Positions 1 through 10,375 of a DNA stretch of 64,000 nt are shown one piece after another (the stretch's first letter is position 1; every line of letters begins with the position of its first letter). Source of the DNA: a bacterium (lineage in GTDB: Bacteria; Patescibacteriota; Microgenomatia; Levybacterales; UBA12049); the NCBI GenBank assembly GCA_021777565.1, contig JAJYDJ010000002.1, positions 197,082-261,081 of the forward strand. The letters run 5' to 3'. The position numbers were made by a program, and so were the translations under genes. Below the pieces are notes generated by a model. It was not told the DNA's origin and did no database searches. It was given only the letters and a program-made list of their open reading frames with translations.

Positions 1-2211
1 AATCATCCAGTGATTCTTAACCGTGCTCCAACACTGCACAAGTTGAGTATGCAGGCATTCTATCCAAAGCTTATTGAAGGATCAGCAATCAGTTTGCATC
101 CTTGTGTGACCAGTGGATTTAACGCTGACTTTGACGGAGATCAGATGGCTGTACATATCCCACTTTCTAAGAAAGCACAACAGGAAGCTTTGGATCTCAT
201 GATGCCTCAAAACAACCTTTTGAAGCCGGCAGATAGTTCCCCAGCTAACATCCCTGCAAAGGAAATGGCAATTGGTGTCTATTACATTACCACCATTGAC
301 GAGAATCTTCGCAAAGAAGAACTCCCTGCCTTTGCGAATGCACATGAAGCAATTTTGGCTCAAGATACCAAGAAAATCGGTCTTCGTGAGCCTGTAATGG
401 TTCGTCTGGAAAAGAATGGCGAGCTGGTTGAGACAACAGTTGGTCGTATTAGATTCAATGAAGTCCTTCTGGAAGGTATGTCATACCTGAACGAAGCAGT
501 TGACGCAGGACGTATTAAGAAGCTTGTTACTGAAGCTCTGCAAAAATACACAAACAATGAAGTAGCAGTTCTTATTGATAACATCAAAGAGATCGGATTC
601 TATGGCGCGACTATCTCTGGTGTATCACTCTCAGTGTTTGACAACACCATGATTGCCAATAAAGGCGAAATGATCAATGGCGCTGAAAAGCAAGTTGAAG
701 AAATCATCTCCCAGTACGAGCAAGGTCTTATTACTATTGATGAGAGAAAGCGTTTGGTCAACGATGTCTGGATTGCAATGACTGAAAAGATTGCAGACGC
801 ATCTATGTCTAACCTCAAGCAGGACAACATGGTTCTCTTTACCATTAAATCCGGAGGTTCTCGTGGAGGCCGTGAACAGCTGAAACAGGTTCTTGGTATG
901 CGCGGACTTATTCAGGATCCAACAGGTAAGATCGTTGAATTGCCAATTAAGTCAAATTTCCGTGAAGGTCTGTCAATTTTTGAATACATTGCATCCGCTC
1001 GTGGATCTCGTAAAGGTCTTGCTGATACCGCTTTGAAGACAGCACAAGCTGGATACTTGACCCGACGTTTGGTTGATGTCTCTCATGATGTACTTATCAC
1101 CGAAGATGATTGTGGTACCACTGAAGGAGTAGTTGTTAAGATCGAGGCAGAACGCACCGCATCTTTGGAAGATCGTATTACTGGTCGTACCTCTCTTGAA
1201 AAGATTGTTGATGCAGACAAGAAGGTTTTGGTACACCCGGGTGAAGAGATTAGTCCTGAGATGGCAAAGAAGATCGCAAAGACAGGTGTTACTGAAGTGG
1301 CTGTCCGTTCACCACTCACCTGTAAACTTGCAAAAGGTGTTTGTGCAACCTGCTATGGATGGGACTTCTCAACACGAACTCGTGTAAAGAGTGGTACTCC
1401 AGTCGGAGTTGTTGCTGCACAGTCCATCGGTGAACCTGGTACTCAGCTGACTATGCGTACTAAGCATTTCGGAGGTATTTTGAAGGCTGACGTGACGCAG
1501 GGTCTCCCACGTATTGAAGAATTGTTTGAAATGCGTACACCAAAGAATTACTCAGCAGTGTCACAAATTACCGGTAAGGTAAAGATTGAACAGGTTGATG
1601 AAGGATACAAGATTACCGTGACTAACCACAAGGTTGAGCCAATCGATGTTCAGGAATACTTTGTTCCATTGGCCTCAGAACTGGCTGTGAAAGATGGGGA
1701 TGAAATCAATGCTGGGCAACCATTTGCTACTGGGTATCTTGATCCAAAAGAAGTACTGCGTGTCAGTGGTATCTCTACAACACAAAAGTATGTCATGGAT
1801 GAAATCCAGAAGGTATACGAAGCTCAGGGTATTGCTATTAACGATAAGCACTTTGAAGTAATCCTTCGCAAGATGGGCGATAAGATCATTATCGAGTCAG
1901 TTGGTGATACATCATTTGTTCCAGGAGACTTTGTCACTCGAGCACGATTTGACAATGTAAATGCTGAAGTACTCGCACAAGGTGCTATGCCAGCAACAGG
2001 TCGTCAGGTACTCCTTGGTATTACCAAGTCAGCACTGTTCTCTGACAGTTGGCTTTCAGCAGCATCATTCCAGGAGACAACCCATGTGTTAACAGAAGCA
2101 GCACTCCAGGGTCGTGAAGATAATTTGAACGGACTGAAAGAAAATGTTATCATTGGACGACTTATCCCAGTGGGTGGTAATGAGACTCCTGAGGAGGTAG
2201 TCATTAGTTAA
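1..2211 (+). CDS. rpoC: DNA-directed RNA polymerase subunit beta' (C-terminal ~735 aa; 5' end upstream of window)
   Basis: Reading frame open from nt 1 ([15 protein letters not shown]...); [12 protein letters not shown] catalytic motif; rpoC C-terminal domains; immediately precedes rpsL. Confidence 0.95.
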   Translation, partial: NHPVILNRAPTLHKLSMQAFYPKLIEGSAISLHPCVTSGFNADFDGDQMAVHIPLSKKAQQEALDLMMPQNNLLKPADSSPANIPAKEMAIGVYYITTIDENLRKEELPAFANAHEAILAQDTKKIGLREPVMVRLEKNGELVETTVGRIRFNEVLLEGMSYLNEAVDAGRIKKLVTEALQKYTNNEVAVLIDNIKEIGFYGATISGVSLSVFDNTMIANKGEMINGAEKQVEEIISQYEQGLITIDERKRLVNDVWIAMTEKIADASMSNLKQDNMVLFTIKSGGSRGGREQLKQVLGMRGLIQDPTGKIVELPIKSNFREGLSIFEYIASARGSRKGLADTALKTAQAGYLTRRLVDVSHDVLITEDDCGTTEGVVVKIEAERTASLEDRITGRTSLEKIVDADKKVLVHPGEEISPEMAKKIAKTGVTEVAVRSPLTCKLAKGVCATCYGWDFSTRTRVKSGTPVGVVAAQSIGEPGTQLTMRTKHFGGILKADVTQGLPRIEELFEMRTPKNYSAVSQITGKVKIEQVDEGYKITVTNHKVEPIDVQEYFVPLASELAVKDGDEINAGQPFATGYLDPKEVLRVSGISTTQKYVMDEIQKVYEAQGIAINDKHFEVILRKMGDKIIIESVGDTSFVPGDFVTRARFDNVNAEVLAQGAMPATGRQVLLGITKSALFSDSWLSAASFQETTHVLTEAALQGREDNLNGLKENVIIGRLIPVGGNETPEEVVIS

Positions 2212-2215
2212 TTCT

Positions 2216-2638
2216 ATGCCAACGTTATCTCAATTAGTTCGTAAGGGTCGTGGAAAGAAAATTAAGCGTGTTCGCGCTACTGGTTTGTTGCGCTCATATA
2301 ACGCAAAAGATCGTCGATACAGTGCTACCGCTGCTCCACAAAAAAGAGGAGTAGTCACTCTGGTAAAGACAATGACACCTAAAAAACCAAACTCTGCGCT
2401 TCGAAAGGTTGCTAAAGTGCGTCTTTCCAACCGTATGGAAATCACTGCCTATATTCAAGGTGTTGGACACAGTTTGGCAGAACACGGTATCGTTTTGGTC
2501 CGTGGAGGTCGTGTAAAAGACTTGCCAGGTGTTAAGTATCATATCGTCCGTGGTAAGTTTGATTTACAAGGAGTTCAAAATAGAAAAACTTCCCGAAGTG
2601 TATATGGAACCAAGCGCCCGGCTCCGGCTAAGGCATAA
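2216..2638 (+). CDS. rpsL: 30S ribosomal protein S12
   Basis: [12 protein letters not shown]... canonical S12 N-terminus and [11 protein letters not shown] motif. Confidence 0.97.
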   Translation: MPTLSQLVRKGRGKKIKRVRATGLLRSYNAKDRRYSATAAPQKRGVVTLVKTMTPKKPNSALRKVAKVRLSNRMEITAYIQGVGHSLAEHGIVLVRGGRVKDLPGVKYHIVRGKFDLQGVQNRKTSRSVYGTKRPAPAKA

Positions 2639-2646
2639 ATAAACCT

Positions 2647-3120
2647 ATGAGACATAAAAAAGCACCAAAAAGAATTATTAATCCAGATCCAATTTATGCA
2701 AGTGTATTGGTCTCTCAATTGACCAATCGCATCATGAAGGATGGGAAAAAGACAACCGCTGAAAAGCATGTCTATGCTCTTATGGATGCCTTGAAAGAAA
2801 AAGGTATGGATCCGATTGCTACCCTGGATAAGGCAATCCTGACCATTTCACCAAAAGTTGAGCTGAAAGCACGACGTGTTGGTGGTGCCAACTATCAAGT
2901 GCCAATTGATGTTCGTCCAGATCGTCGTGTCAGTCTTGGGCTTCGTTGGTTAGTAGATGCAGCCAGATCACGATCAAATAAAGAATATCATTTTTTCTGG
3001 CAAAAACTTCTGGCTGAGATTACTGACGCGCTTAATGAGCAAGGTGCCGCAATTACCAAGCGCAATAATACCCTCAAGCAGGCAGAGGCTAACAAAGCAT
3101 TTGCACACTTCAGATTCTAG
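2647..3120 (+). CDS. rpsG: 30S ribosomal protein S7
   Basis: MRHKKAPKRIINPDPIY... canonical S7. Confidence 0.97.
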   Translation: MRHKKAPKRIINPDPIYASVLVSQLTNRIMKDGKKTTAEKHVYALMDALKEKGMDPIATLDKAILTISPKVELKARRVGGANYQVPIDVRPDRRVSLGLRWLVDAARSRSNKEYHFFWQKLLAEITDALNEQGAAITKRNNTLKQAEANKAFAHFRF

Positions 3121-3126
3121 TCTTGC

Positions 3127-3132
3127 TATACT
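3127..3132 (+). promoter_or_regulatory. -10 box TATACT placed 6 nt upstream of ATG 3139 (leaderless-type start)
   Basis: gcTATACTagatacATG. Confidence 0.45.
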
Positions 3133-3138
3133 AGATAC

Positions 3139-3774
3139 ATGCTTTCTACAATTCTTTTCGATTTTGATGGTACCATCGCCGATACCTTTGAGCCAGCTAT
3201 AGATATTTTGTATGACATGGCGGATAAATATCATTATCCAAAGGTTGATAAGGAAGAGATTACCAAGATGCGCTCCTTGTCCATGAAAGAGGTGTGTGAC
3301 CAGCTGCATGTGCCATTGTGGAGGTTGCCATTTATCGCGGCAGAGCTTCAGGGACGGCTCTATGCCCACATGGAGCAAATACCTGCGTTTAAGGGCATGC
3401 CAGAGGCCTTAGAAAGGCTCAAGGGAATGGGGTACCGTTTGGGAATTGTCAGTTCCAACAATCAGCAAAATATCCAGCGGTTTCTCAAAGCACAGCATAT
3501 TGATGTCTTTGATGCCATTTATAGTGAAACAAGTATTTTTGGTAAAGCACGAGTTATCAGGGGATTTTTACAAAAATATCATGTGCAAAAGGATCATGTC
3601 GTCTATGTTGGTGATGAGATGCGAGACATAGAAGCTGCCAAACAAGTTGGTGTCCCAATGATTGCCGTAACATGGGGCCTTAATCTCAAGACTTCTTTGG
3701 AGAAGTTGCACCCAGAGTTTATCGCTGACTCGCCTAAAGAACTCATTGATGTTATCAAATCCTACAATACCTAA
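3139..3774 (+). CDS. HAD-family hydrolase (subfamily IA phosphatase-like)
   Basis: FDFDGTIADT motif I, later VGDEMRDIEAA motif; inserted between rpsG and fusA. Confidence 0.8.
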   Translation: MLSTILFDFDGTIADTFEPAIDILYDMADKYHYPKVDKEEITKMRSLSMKEVCDQLHVPLWRLPFIAAELQGRLYAHMEQIPAFKGMPEALERLKGMGYRLGIVSSNNQQNIQRFLKAQHIDVFDAIYSETSIFGKARVIRGFLQKYHVQKDHVVYVGDEMRDIEAAKQVGVPMIAVTWGLNLKTSLEKLHPEFIADSPKELIDVIKSYNT

Positions 3775-3782
3775 CGATTTGC

Positions 3783-3788
3783 TATACT
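3783..3788 (+). promoter_or_regulatory. -10 box TATACT placed 6 nt upstream of ATG 3795
   Basis: gcTATACTgtgtatATG; ORF-track start 3789 is a GTG that falls inside the spacer. Confidence 0.4.
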
Positions 3789-3794
3789 GTGTAT

Positions 3795-4436
3795 ATGCAG
3801 ACACTTCGTTGGCTTGGCCATGCTTCATTTCTCATAGATGAAAAATATTATATCGACCCATTTGAACTCCCTGAAGGTGATCTTCCAAAGGCTGACATTA
3901 TTTTTATCACTCATCCCCATCATGACCATTTTTCCCCCGCTGATATTGAGCGTGTTATAACACCTCAGACACTTATTGTCGCGCCGCAGGAGTGTCTGGA
4001 GACACTGCCGTATCCTGATGCACAAAAACAGATTGTAACGCCTCTACTTACAGGGAAAGCTCGCGACATAGATTTTATGACACTTCCTGCATACAATATG
4101 CATCCAGAAAAGCTGCAATTTCATCCAAAAGAAAAAGGATGGGTAGGATTTGTATTAGATATTGGTGGTAAACGAATTTATCACGCCGGGGATACCGATT
4201 TGATCCCAGAGATGTCTTCTCTCACCGATAAGCATGTTGATCTCGCATTATTGCCAATGGGCGGGATCTACACCATGGAAGTTGAAGAAGCAGCTCAGGC
4301 AGCCAACACAATTCAGGCCAAAACGACATCACCAATGCATTATAAAAGGCTTTTACAGGAGACGTCTCAAGATGCAGAAGCAAAATTCCAATCATTGGTG
4401 CATCTTTCTCAGGTTCAAATTTTGCAAGAAAAGTAA
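3795..4436 (+). CDS. MBL-fold metallo-hydrolase
   Basis: ITHPHHDHF (HxHxDH) motif; start moved to ATG 3795 (track gives GTG 3789). Confidence 0.75.
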   Translation: MQTLRWLGHASFLIDEKYYIDPFELPEGDLPKADIIFITHPHHDHFSPADIERVITPQTLIVAPQECLETLPYPDAQKQIVTPLLTGKARDIDFMTLPAYNMHPEKLQFHPKEKGWVGFVLDIGGKRIYHAGDTDLIPEMSSLTDKHVDLALLPMGGIYTMEVEEAAQAANTIQAKTTSPMHYKRLLQETSQDAEAKFQSLVHLSQVQILQEK

Positions 4437-5180
4437 TTATTCTACCGTTATAGAAAGCATCTTATCTCCGACTTGAAGTTTATGCACGACATCCATCCCA
4501 GAGATCACGCGGGCAAAAATAGTGTAGTTATGAGGAAGAGATGGATTATCAGCCAGCATGATAAAAAATTGTGAACCATTGGTGTTTGGTCCACGATTGG
4601 CCATTGCTACTATCCCTTCTCGATAGCCAGCTTTATAACTGTCAGTGTTAGGATTGAGTTCATCTTCAAAGGTTGGACCGTAAATTGAAACCCCCCCAGT
4701 GCCATTGCCATTCGGGTCTCCACCTTGGACGACAAAACCTGGTTCTACTCGGTGAAACGTGAGTCCATCATAGTAATGATATCTGGCAAGCGTTTCAAAG
4801 TTTGTAACTGTTTTTGGTGCGTCTGAGTTGAAAAATTGCAACCTGATGGTACCTTTGGTAGTTGTAATAGTGGCGGTTGTTGCAAGAGATATCCAATTGT
4901 TTTTATCAGCCCAAGGAGCCCCTGATGGACTTGCAACATTTTGTGAATCTGGCATAGGTGATGGGGTGAGTATAGCAGATGACTGCTGGTCTTGTGCTTG
5001 CGCCTGAATCTGGGGTTGAGTCTGTGTTTGCGCCTGAGTTTGAGCCTGAGATTGCGCCTGTGCAAAGGCCGGGGTAGGTGTTTCTTGTGATGGTAGGGGG
5101 GAAGATTTGGGCGTAATAAAGAAATTTTCTGCTGCGAAGAAAATACCAGCAGCAATCACGATTAGAAAGACATATTTCAT
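4437..5180 (-). CDS. cyclophilin-type peptidyl-prolyl cis-trans isomerase, membrane-anchored or secreted, with Q/A/T low-complexity linker
   Basis: GFVVQGGDPNGNGTGGVSIYG cyclophilin core; N-terminal hydrophobic segment; QAQSQAQTQAQTQTQPQ linker. Confidence 0.85.
   Translation of the reverse strand: MKYVFLIVIAAGIFFAAENFFITPKSSPLPSQETPTPAFAQAQSQAQTQAQTQTQPQIQAQAQDQQSSAILTPSPMPDSQNVASPSGAPWADKNNWISLATTATITTTKGTIRLQFFNSDAPKTVTNFETLARYHYYDGLTFHRVEPGFVVQGGDPNGNGTGGVSIYGPTFEDELNPNTDSYKAGYREGIVAMANRGPNTNGSQFFIMLADNPSLPHNYTIFARVISGMDVVHKLQVGDKMLSITVE
4983..5060 (-). repeat. degenerate CAG/CAA/GCN-rich tandem repeat encoding the (Q-A/T/S)n linker of the cyclophilin
   Basis: plus strand reads ...cttgcgcctgaatctggggttgagtctgtgtttgcgcctgagtttgagcctgagattgcgcctg. 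Confidence 0.5.
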
Positions 5181-5185
5181 ACGTG

Positions 5186-5191
5186 ATTGTA
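5186..5191 (-). promoter_or_regulatory. -10 box TACAAT (minus strand) placed 5 nt upstream of cyclophilin ATG at 5180
   Basis: minus strand reads cTAGAATACAATcacgtATG. Confidence 0.4.
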
Positions 5192-5214
5192 TTCTAGTAC
5201 ATTTTAAAAAAATA

Positions 5215-5223
5215 TGGTAGAAT
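5215..5223 (+). promoter_or_regulatory. extended -10 TGgTAGAAT for fusA (short unstructured leader ~10 nt, no SD)
   Basis: aatatGGTAGAATatccttacacatttttATG; divergent from the cyclophilin promoter. Confidence 0.4.
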
Positions 5224-5239
5224 ATCCTTACACATTTTT

Positions 5240-7384
5240 ATGGCCGATACAGCACCACGTAAACAAGACCTCGCAAAAATTCGCAATATTGGTATTATTG
5301 CGCATATTGACGCAGGGAAAACAACCACAACTGAAAGAATTCTTTACTACACAGGGCGCACTTACAAAATTGGTGATATTGACGAAGGAAATACCCAAAT
5401 GGACTGGATGGAACAGGAAAAAGAGCGCGGTATTACTATCGTTTCTGCTGCTACCACCACATTCTGGACTCATAGTGATGACAAGGCTGCTGGTAAAGAT
5501 GAAACATATCGCTTCAATATTATTGATACTCCAGGGCACGTAGACTTTACTGCAGAAGTAGAACGATCACTTCGTGTGCTTGATGGAGGCATTACTGTTC
5601 TTGATGCAGAAGAAGGCGTACAGGCGCAAAGTGAAACCGTATGGCGCCAGGCCGATAAATATAAGGTTCCACGTCTGTGTTTTGTGAATAAAATGGACAA
5701 GTTGGGTGCAAATTTCTTGGCTACTGTTGACAGTGTTGTTGAGAAGCTTGGTGCCAATCCTGCAATCATGGTGTTGCCAATTGGTGCAGAGAATACCTAC
5801 ACAGGAAATGTTGATCTGTTAACCCGTAAATCATATCTCTGGCTGCATGCTGATGAAACCGGTGCCAAATATGAAGTTCGTGATGAAGTACCAGAAGAGA
5901 TGAAAGAAGAAGTTGAAAAGTATCGTGCAAAGTTGATTGAACAAATTTGTGAAACTGATGATGTGCTTCTAGAAAAATTCTTTGCAGGCGAAGAACCATC
6001 TTTGCCAGAACTGAAGGCAGCACTTCGTAAAGCAGTTATCGGATATAAGTTGGTTCCAATGTTTGCTGGTGCAAGTCTTCGCCACAAGGGAGTACAACCA
6101 GTGCTTGATGCTGTTATTGATTATCTTCCATCTCCAGTTGATTTGGACCACGTAAAAGGTGAAAATCCAAAGACAGGTGAGGCAGAAGAGAGACATCTTA
6201 CTACTGAAGAACCACTCTGCGGATTAGCATTCAAAATCCAAGTTGATCCACACGTTGGTAAATTGACATACTTCCGTGTGTACTCTGGTAAAGTAACCGC
6301 AGGCTCATACATTTACAACAGTACCAAGGGAGTAACTGAGCGTATTGGTCGTATTCTTCTCATGCATGCCAACGATCGTGAAGAAATTAAAGAAGCATTT
6401 GCAGGGGAAATCGTCGCATTGGTTGGTCTCAAAGACACGGTAACAGGAGATACTCTTTGTGATGATAAATCACCAATTGTACTCGAGAAAATTACCTTCC
6501 CAGAACCAGTCATCTCTCTTGCTATTGAGCCAAAGACCAAGACAGACCAGGAAAGACTTGGTATGGCACTTAAGCGTTTGACAGAAGAAGATCCAACATT
6601 CCAGGTCAAGACCAACCATGAAACCAACCAAACCATTATTTCCGGTATTGGAGAATTACAACTTGAAGTTATGGTAGATCGTATGAAGCGTGAATTTAAC
6701 GTGTTGGCCAACGTCGGTGCCCCACAGGTAGCGTACAAAGAAACCATCAAGCGTCTTGCTGAAGGTGAAGGAAAATATATCCGCCAGTCAGGTGGTAAAG
6801 GTCAGTACGGTCACTGCTGGTTGAGGATTGAACCCCAGCCACGTGGTGAAGGATTCAAATTCGTCAACGCTATTAAAGGTGGCGCAATCCCTGCTGAATT
6901 CGTCTCATCCATTGAAAAAGGTGTCAAGGAGTCAGTAGAAAATGGTGTATTCTTAGGTTATCCAGTAGTAGACGTAAAAGTTACTGTCTATGATGGATCA
7001 TTCCACGAAGTTGATTCATCTGATATGGCATTTAAGATTGCTGCATCCATGGCTTTCCAGGCAGCAACGAAAAAAGCAGATATCACGCTTCTTGAGCCTA
7101 TCATGAAGGTGGAAGTCACCACGCCAAAAGAATATATGGGTGATATTATTGGTGATCTTTCTAGTAAGCGTGCACAAATCATGGGTACACAAGATAGATC
7201 AAACGCAACTATTATTCTGGCTCAAGTGCCTCTTGCTGAACTTTCAGGGTATGCCACAGCATTGCGCTCAATGTCAAAAGGTCGTGCCAGTTACTATATG
7301 GAAGCAAGTCACTACGACGAAGTGCCATCTAACATCATCGCGCAAATGCAATCTAAGTCAACCTTCACAGGACGTGTTGAGTAA
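5240..7384 (+). CDS. fusA: elongation factor G
   Basis: AHIDAGKTTTTERIL G1 motif, DTPGHVDF, full five-domain length (714 aa). Confidence 0.97.
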   Translation: MADTAPRKQDLAKIRNIGIIAHIDAGKTTTTERILYYTGRTYKIGDIDEGNTQMDWMEQEKERGITIVSAATTTFWTHSDDKAAGKDETYRFNIIDTPGHVDFTAEVERSLRVLDGGITVLDAEEGVQAQSETVWRQADKYKVPRLCFVNKMDKLGANFLATVDSVVEKLGANPAIMVLPIGAENTYTGNVDLLTRKSYLWLHADETGAKYEVRDEVPEEMKEEVEKYRAKLIEQICETDDVLLEKFFAGEEPSLPELKAALRKAVIGYKLVPMFAGASLRHKGVQPVLDAVIDYLPSPVDLDHVKGENPKTGEAEERHLTTEEPLCGLAFKIQVDPHVGKLTYFRVYSGKVTAGSYIYNSTKGVTERIGRILLMHANDREEIKEAFAGEIVALVGLKDTVTGDTLCDDKSPIVLEKITFPEPVISLAIEPKTKTDQERLGMALKRLTEEDPTFQVKTNHETNQTIISGIGELQLEVMVDRMKREFNVLANVGAPQVAYKETIKRLAEGEGKYIRQSGGKGQYGHCWLRIEPQPRGEGFKFVNAIKGGAIPAEFVSSIEKGVKESVENGVFLGYPVVDVKVTVYDGSFHEVDSSDMAFKIAASMAFQAATKKADITLLEPIMKVEVTTPKEYMGDIIGDLSSKRAQIMGTQDRSNATIILAQVPLAELSGYATALRSMSKGRASYYMEASHYDEVPSNIIAQMQSKSTFTGRVE

Positions 7385-7387
7385 TAT

Positions 7388-7834
7388 ATGACAGTAGAGG
7401 ATGCAACTTCTTCTACTTCCGCTTCTGAATCTGTTTCTATCCAATTTTCAGGACCACGAGAAAGTGATTTCCCACAGGTGAGAGCTGTTAGGCAGGTTCT
7501 TGATCTAAGGCCTGATCCTGATCAGGAGGCTAATGCAGGTTCATTCTGGGGGAAAAATGAAAGACCAGATGCTCCTTCACTCACAACAACGACAGATGGT
7601 ACAGAGGGAAGAAGACATATGCGTGTTGATGTTCCCATATCAGTGCTGCCGGTTGCCTTCTCTGTTGGTCAGCAATTGTATATCGTTCATGAAAGAAGTG
7701 TGCATACAGTGATAGTTGATAGTACACGACGCTATGTCTCTCAAAGGAGTACGAGCCACGAAGGAATGACATCTCTACAAGTAGATCCCTTTGACGATAC
7801 TCGTGATGTTGAAGTAAATATCAGCCGTCGCTGA
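7388..7834 (+). CDS. hypothetical protein (no recognisable domain), in the same frame as fusA and separated from it by only TAA plus one codon
   Basis: 148-aa ORF; Ser/Thr-rich N-terminus; no RBS; 3-nt gap after the fusA stop. Confidence 0.45.
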   Translation: MTVEDATSSTSASESVSIQFSGPRESDFPQVRAVRQVLDLRPDPDQEANAGSFWGKNERPDAPSLTTTTDGTEGRRHMRVDVPISVLPVAFSVGQQLYIVHERSVHTVIVDSTRRYVSQRSTSHEGMTSLQVDPFDDTRDVEVNISRR

Positions 7835-7890
7835 TCATCTTTCATTTTGACAACATCTCATATTTCTACTATCGTAAGTAGTGAAAGGAG

Positions 7891-8292
7891 GTGATTTATA
7901 TTTCAAACAAATTAGTAATGGTCGCGATTGTGGCACTCGCTCTTGGCCTTGGATTATATACAGGCTATCGGTTCGAGAAAAGAAAACTTGATACGATTGT
8001 TGGTGCGAGAGACATGATGTACACCAAACAACTCCATGAGCTACAAGGTTCAAATGACCAGCTTTCTATCTCATCAATGCTGGGGAAAGATCACTATATT
8101 GTCCAAAATGGAAAGGTTTTATTCGTAACGCAAGCAACAACTGAAGTGAAAAAAGATGTTGTCTTGGACAATCAAAGTACATTGACCACGGACGGAGTAT
8201 TTACTCCTAAAAATGGATCAAAGCAAACCTTGAGTAATGGTGCACTCATTTGGCCAGATGGTACCGTTTGGGTACATGGGAAAAGTTGGTAG
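7891..8292 (+). CDS. hypothetical membrane-anchored or secreted protein (single N-terminal TM helix)
   Basis: VAIVALALGLGLYTGY hydrophobic anchor; AAAGGAGGTGA SD at 7882-7892; start ambiguous (GTG 7891 or ATG 7918). Confidence 0.5.
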   Translation: MIYISNKLVMVAIVALALGLGLYTGYRFEKRKLDTIVGARDMMYTKQLHELQGSNDQLSISSMLGKDHYIVQNGKVLFVTQATTEVKKDVVLDNQSTLTTDGVFTPKNGSKQTLSNGALIWPDGTVWVHGKSW

Positions 8293-8357
8293 TAGATAAC
8301 ACATGGTGTCGTTTCATCCATAATACATGGAGAGGTATTTTTTTGTGGTCAAATTGG

Positions 8358-9383
8358 TCAGTATGTTCTTTTGAGGTTGTAGGCGAGTAACTCTTCAAGT
8401 ATGTTTGCATGGGTGAGTAGCGTGAGGTTCTTTTGTATCTCTTCTGCATGCATTGCCTCATCTTTCATCTGTTTTAGGATCTGTTCTTGTATATCATATC
8501 TCTGAAAAAGCTGCATAAGTGCGTCCAGTTGTTCCCTTGTAGCACCTTCATTTGCAAATACTGTATCAAACATGTTTTTCTCCTCAGGAGATATTTTCTC
8601 AAGAAGAGAAAGTACGTGAAATGTATATTTCCCTTCCCGGATATCTGAACCGACTGGTTTCCCAATTTCTTCTTCATTGCCAAAAAGCCCAATCGTGTCG
8701 TCTTGTAGTTGAAATATGGTACCAAGGTGCTCACCGAAGGCAGCGAGTTGGTTTTGTATCTGGTCAGGGAGTTGAGCACAGAGCGCCCCAATCATGAAAG
8801 GGAGTGAGAAGGTGTAACGAGCTGTTTTGGTGCGATAAGTTTGCAAAACAGTCTCTTTGGTTGGCTTGCCTCCTGGTACATACACATCCTGCATTTGACC
8901 AAGAGCGACATTGGCAAGCTCTTGAGAAAAAAGACTAATGACTTTTTGCTTGATCGTATCGCTTACATTCGCTTCTGAAACGAGTCTATATGAGAGAAAG
9001 ATCCCAATGTCTGCGACATAAAAGGCCATAGATTCGGCGGTATGAGGATTGGGGGTTTGTGTCATAAATTGTGCCTGCATACTTGGTTTGCCACGTCTAA
9101 GCATATCCTGATCAGTAACGTCATCCTGAATAAGAAGACTCGCATGAAAGAGTTCCATCGCTGCAGCAATAGGGAGTATATTGGCGGGATTGAAAGATGG
9201 ATCTTCAGAGGCGATGAGCAGAATACTGTTGCCTCTCACCGCTTTCCCACTTTGGCAGAACGAAATAAGTTTAGTGAATGCGTCCTCTCCCCAGACAAAA
9301 TCTTTGTGCAGCTCTTTTTGTGCCTCCAAGAAGGTCTTAAGGGTCTCTCGAATATCTTTGGTATAGGTAAAAAAATGGTCCAT
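8358..9383 (-). CDS. trans-polyprenyl diphosphate synthase (FPP/GGPP synthase family)
   Basis: Two Asp-rich motifs LIQDDVTDQD and FQLQDD; ~340 aa. Confidence 0.85.
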   Translation of the reverse strand: MDHFFTYTKDIRETLKTFLEAQKELHKDFVWGEDAFTKLISFCQSGKAVRGNSILLIASEDPSFNPANILPIAAAMELFHASLLIQDDVTDQDMLRRGKPSMQAQFMTQTPNPHTAESMAFYVADIGIFLSYRLVSEANVSDTIKQKVISLFSQELANVALGQMQDVYVPGGKPTKETVLQTYRTKTARYTFSLPFMIGALCAQLPDQIQNQLAAFGEHLGTIFQLQDDTIGLFGNEEEIGKPVGSDIREGKYTFHVLSLLEKISPEEKNMFDTVFANEGATREQLDALMQLFQRYDIQEQILKQMKDEAMHAEEIQKNLTLLTHANILEELLAYNLKRTY

Positions 9384-9384
9384 A

Positions 9385-10263
9385 TTAATGTTGCCACGAT
9401 AAATATTGTCCAGTTGAGAGAAGTCTTCCTCCTACTGATTCTTTCAGTGCAAGCTCCCCAATCTTGAGGTTCCCACCAAGGTTCGGGAAGTAATCCATAA
9501 AAACATTCTCAAGCATAATACTTGATGAGGAGATGGCATACGCATTTACGATAATAAAGAGTGGTGTATCAGAAAGTACTTTGCTAGAAAGCTCCATTAA
9601 CTCTGGGAAAAAATCATTAAATTTCCAGATATTTCCCTGTGGCCCATGTCCAAAAACTGGGGGATCCATGATAATACCGTCATACTTTACTCCACGTTTA
9701 ACCTCTCGTTGTAAAAACTTTACACAGTCGTCCAATATCCATCGAATTGGTTTATCGTCCAAATGAGAAAGATGTTGATTCTCTCGTGCCCAGGCGATCG
9801 CAGGTTTACTTGCATCCACATGAGTGACGCTGGCCCCTGACTGAGCCGCGATAAGACTTGCTGCTCCTGTGTAGGCAAAAAGATTAAGAATCCGTGGACT
9901 TTTGCCTTGTTTGGCTGAGTCCGTGACAGCAGATTCAATACTGTCCCACTGGATATGTTGTTCTGGGAACACGCCGGTGTGTTTAAATGGGCTCAATTTC
10001 ATCTGAAGGGTGATATTCTTATACGTAATTGGCCATTGCTGACTCATGAGCGGATTTTCCTTTACCCATTGACCTTTGTCTGCAGTTGTTCTTTGAAAGA
10101 TGGCATCAGCCTTCTGCCAAAGACTCTCGGGTGCTTTTTTCTTCCAGATAACTTGTGGATCAGGTCTTTGAAGGGTATATTTGCCAAACTTTTCTAACCG
10201 ATATCCATCGCCACTATCAATAAGTTCGTACTGATCCCAGCCATTTGTCTGTAAAACGTCCAT
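9385..10263 (-). CDS. class I SAM-dependent rRNA methyltransferase, RlmI/RlmK-like
   Basis: LFAYTGAASL SAM-binding motif and IIMDPPVFG (DPPxF) catalytic motif; start moved to ATG 10263 (track 10320) on the basis of TATAAT-N6-ATG. Confidence 0.7.
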   Translation of the reverse strand: MDVLQTNGWDQYELIDSGDGYRLEKFGKYTLQRPDPQVIWKKKAPESLWQKADAIFQRTTADKGQWVKENPLMSQQWPITYKNITLQMKLSPFKHTGVFPEQHIQWDSIESAVTDSAKQGKSPRILNLFAYTGAASLIAAQSGASVTHVDASKPAIAWARENQHLSHLDDKPIRWILDDCVKFLQREVKRGVKYDGIIMDPPVFGHGPQGNIWKFNDFFPELMELSSKVLSDTPLFIIVNAYAISSSSIMLENVFMDYFPNLGGNLKIGELALKESVGGRLLSTGQYLSWQH

Positions 10264-10269
10264 AAGAGT

Positions 10270-10275
10270 ATTATA
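10270..10275 (-). promoter_or_regulatory. -10 box TATAAT (minus strand) placed 6 nt upstream of methyltransferase ATG at 10263
   Basis: minus strand reads CTGCTATAATactcttATG. Confidence 0.45.
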
Positions 10276-10346
10276 GCAGGTAGGCATAGGATGTGTATCA
10301 AAGTATATCAAAATGCACAAATTTGCACTTTGCTTGCTAAAAAGTG

Positions 10347-10375
10347 TTGACGAAAGAAAAAATATTTTGTATCAT
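10347..10375 (+). promoter_or_regulatory. sigma-70-type promoter for tuf: -35 TTGACG, 17-nt spacer, -10 TATCAT
   Basis: TTGACGaaagaaaaaatattttgTATCAT; predicted TSS ~10382, ~33-nt leader without SD. Confidence 0.55.
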
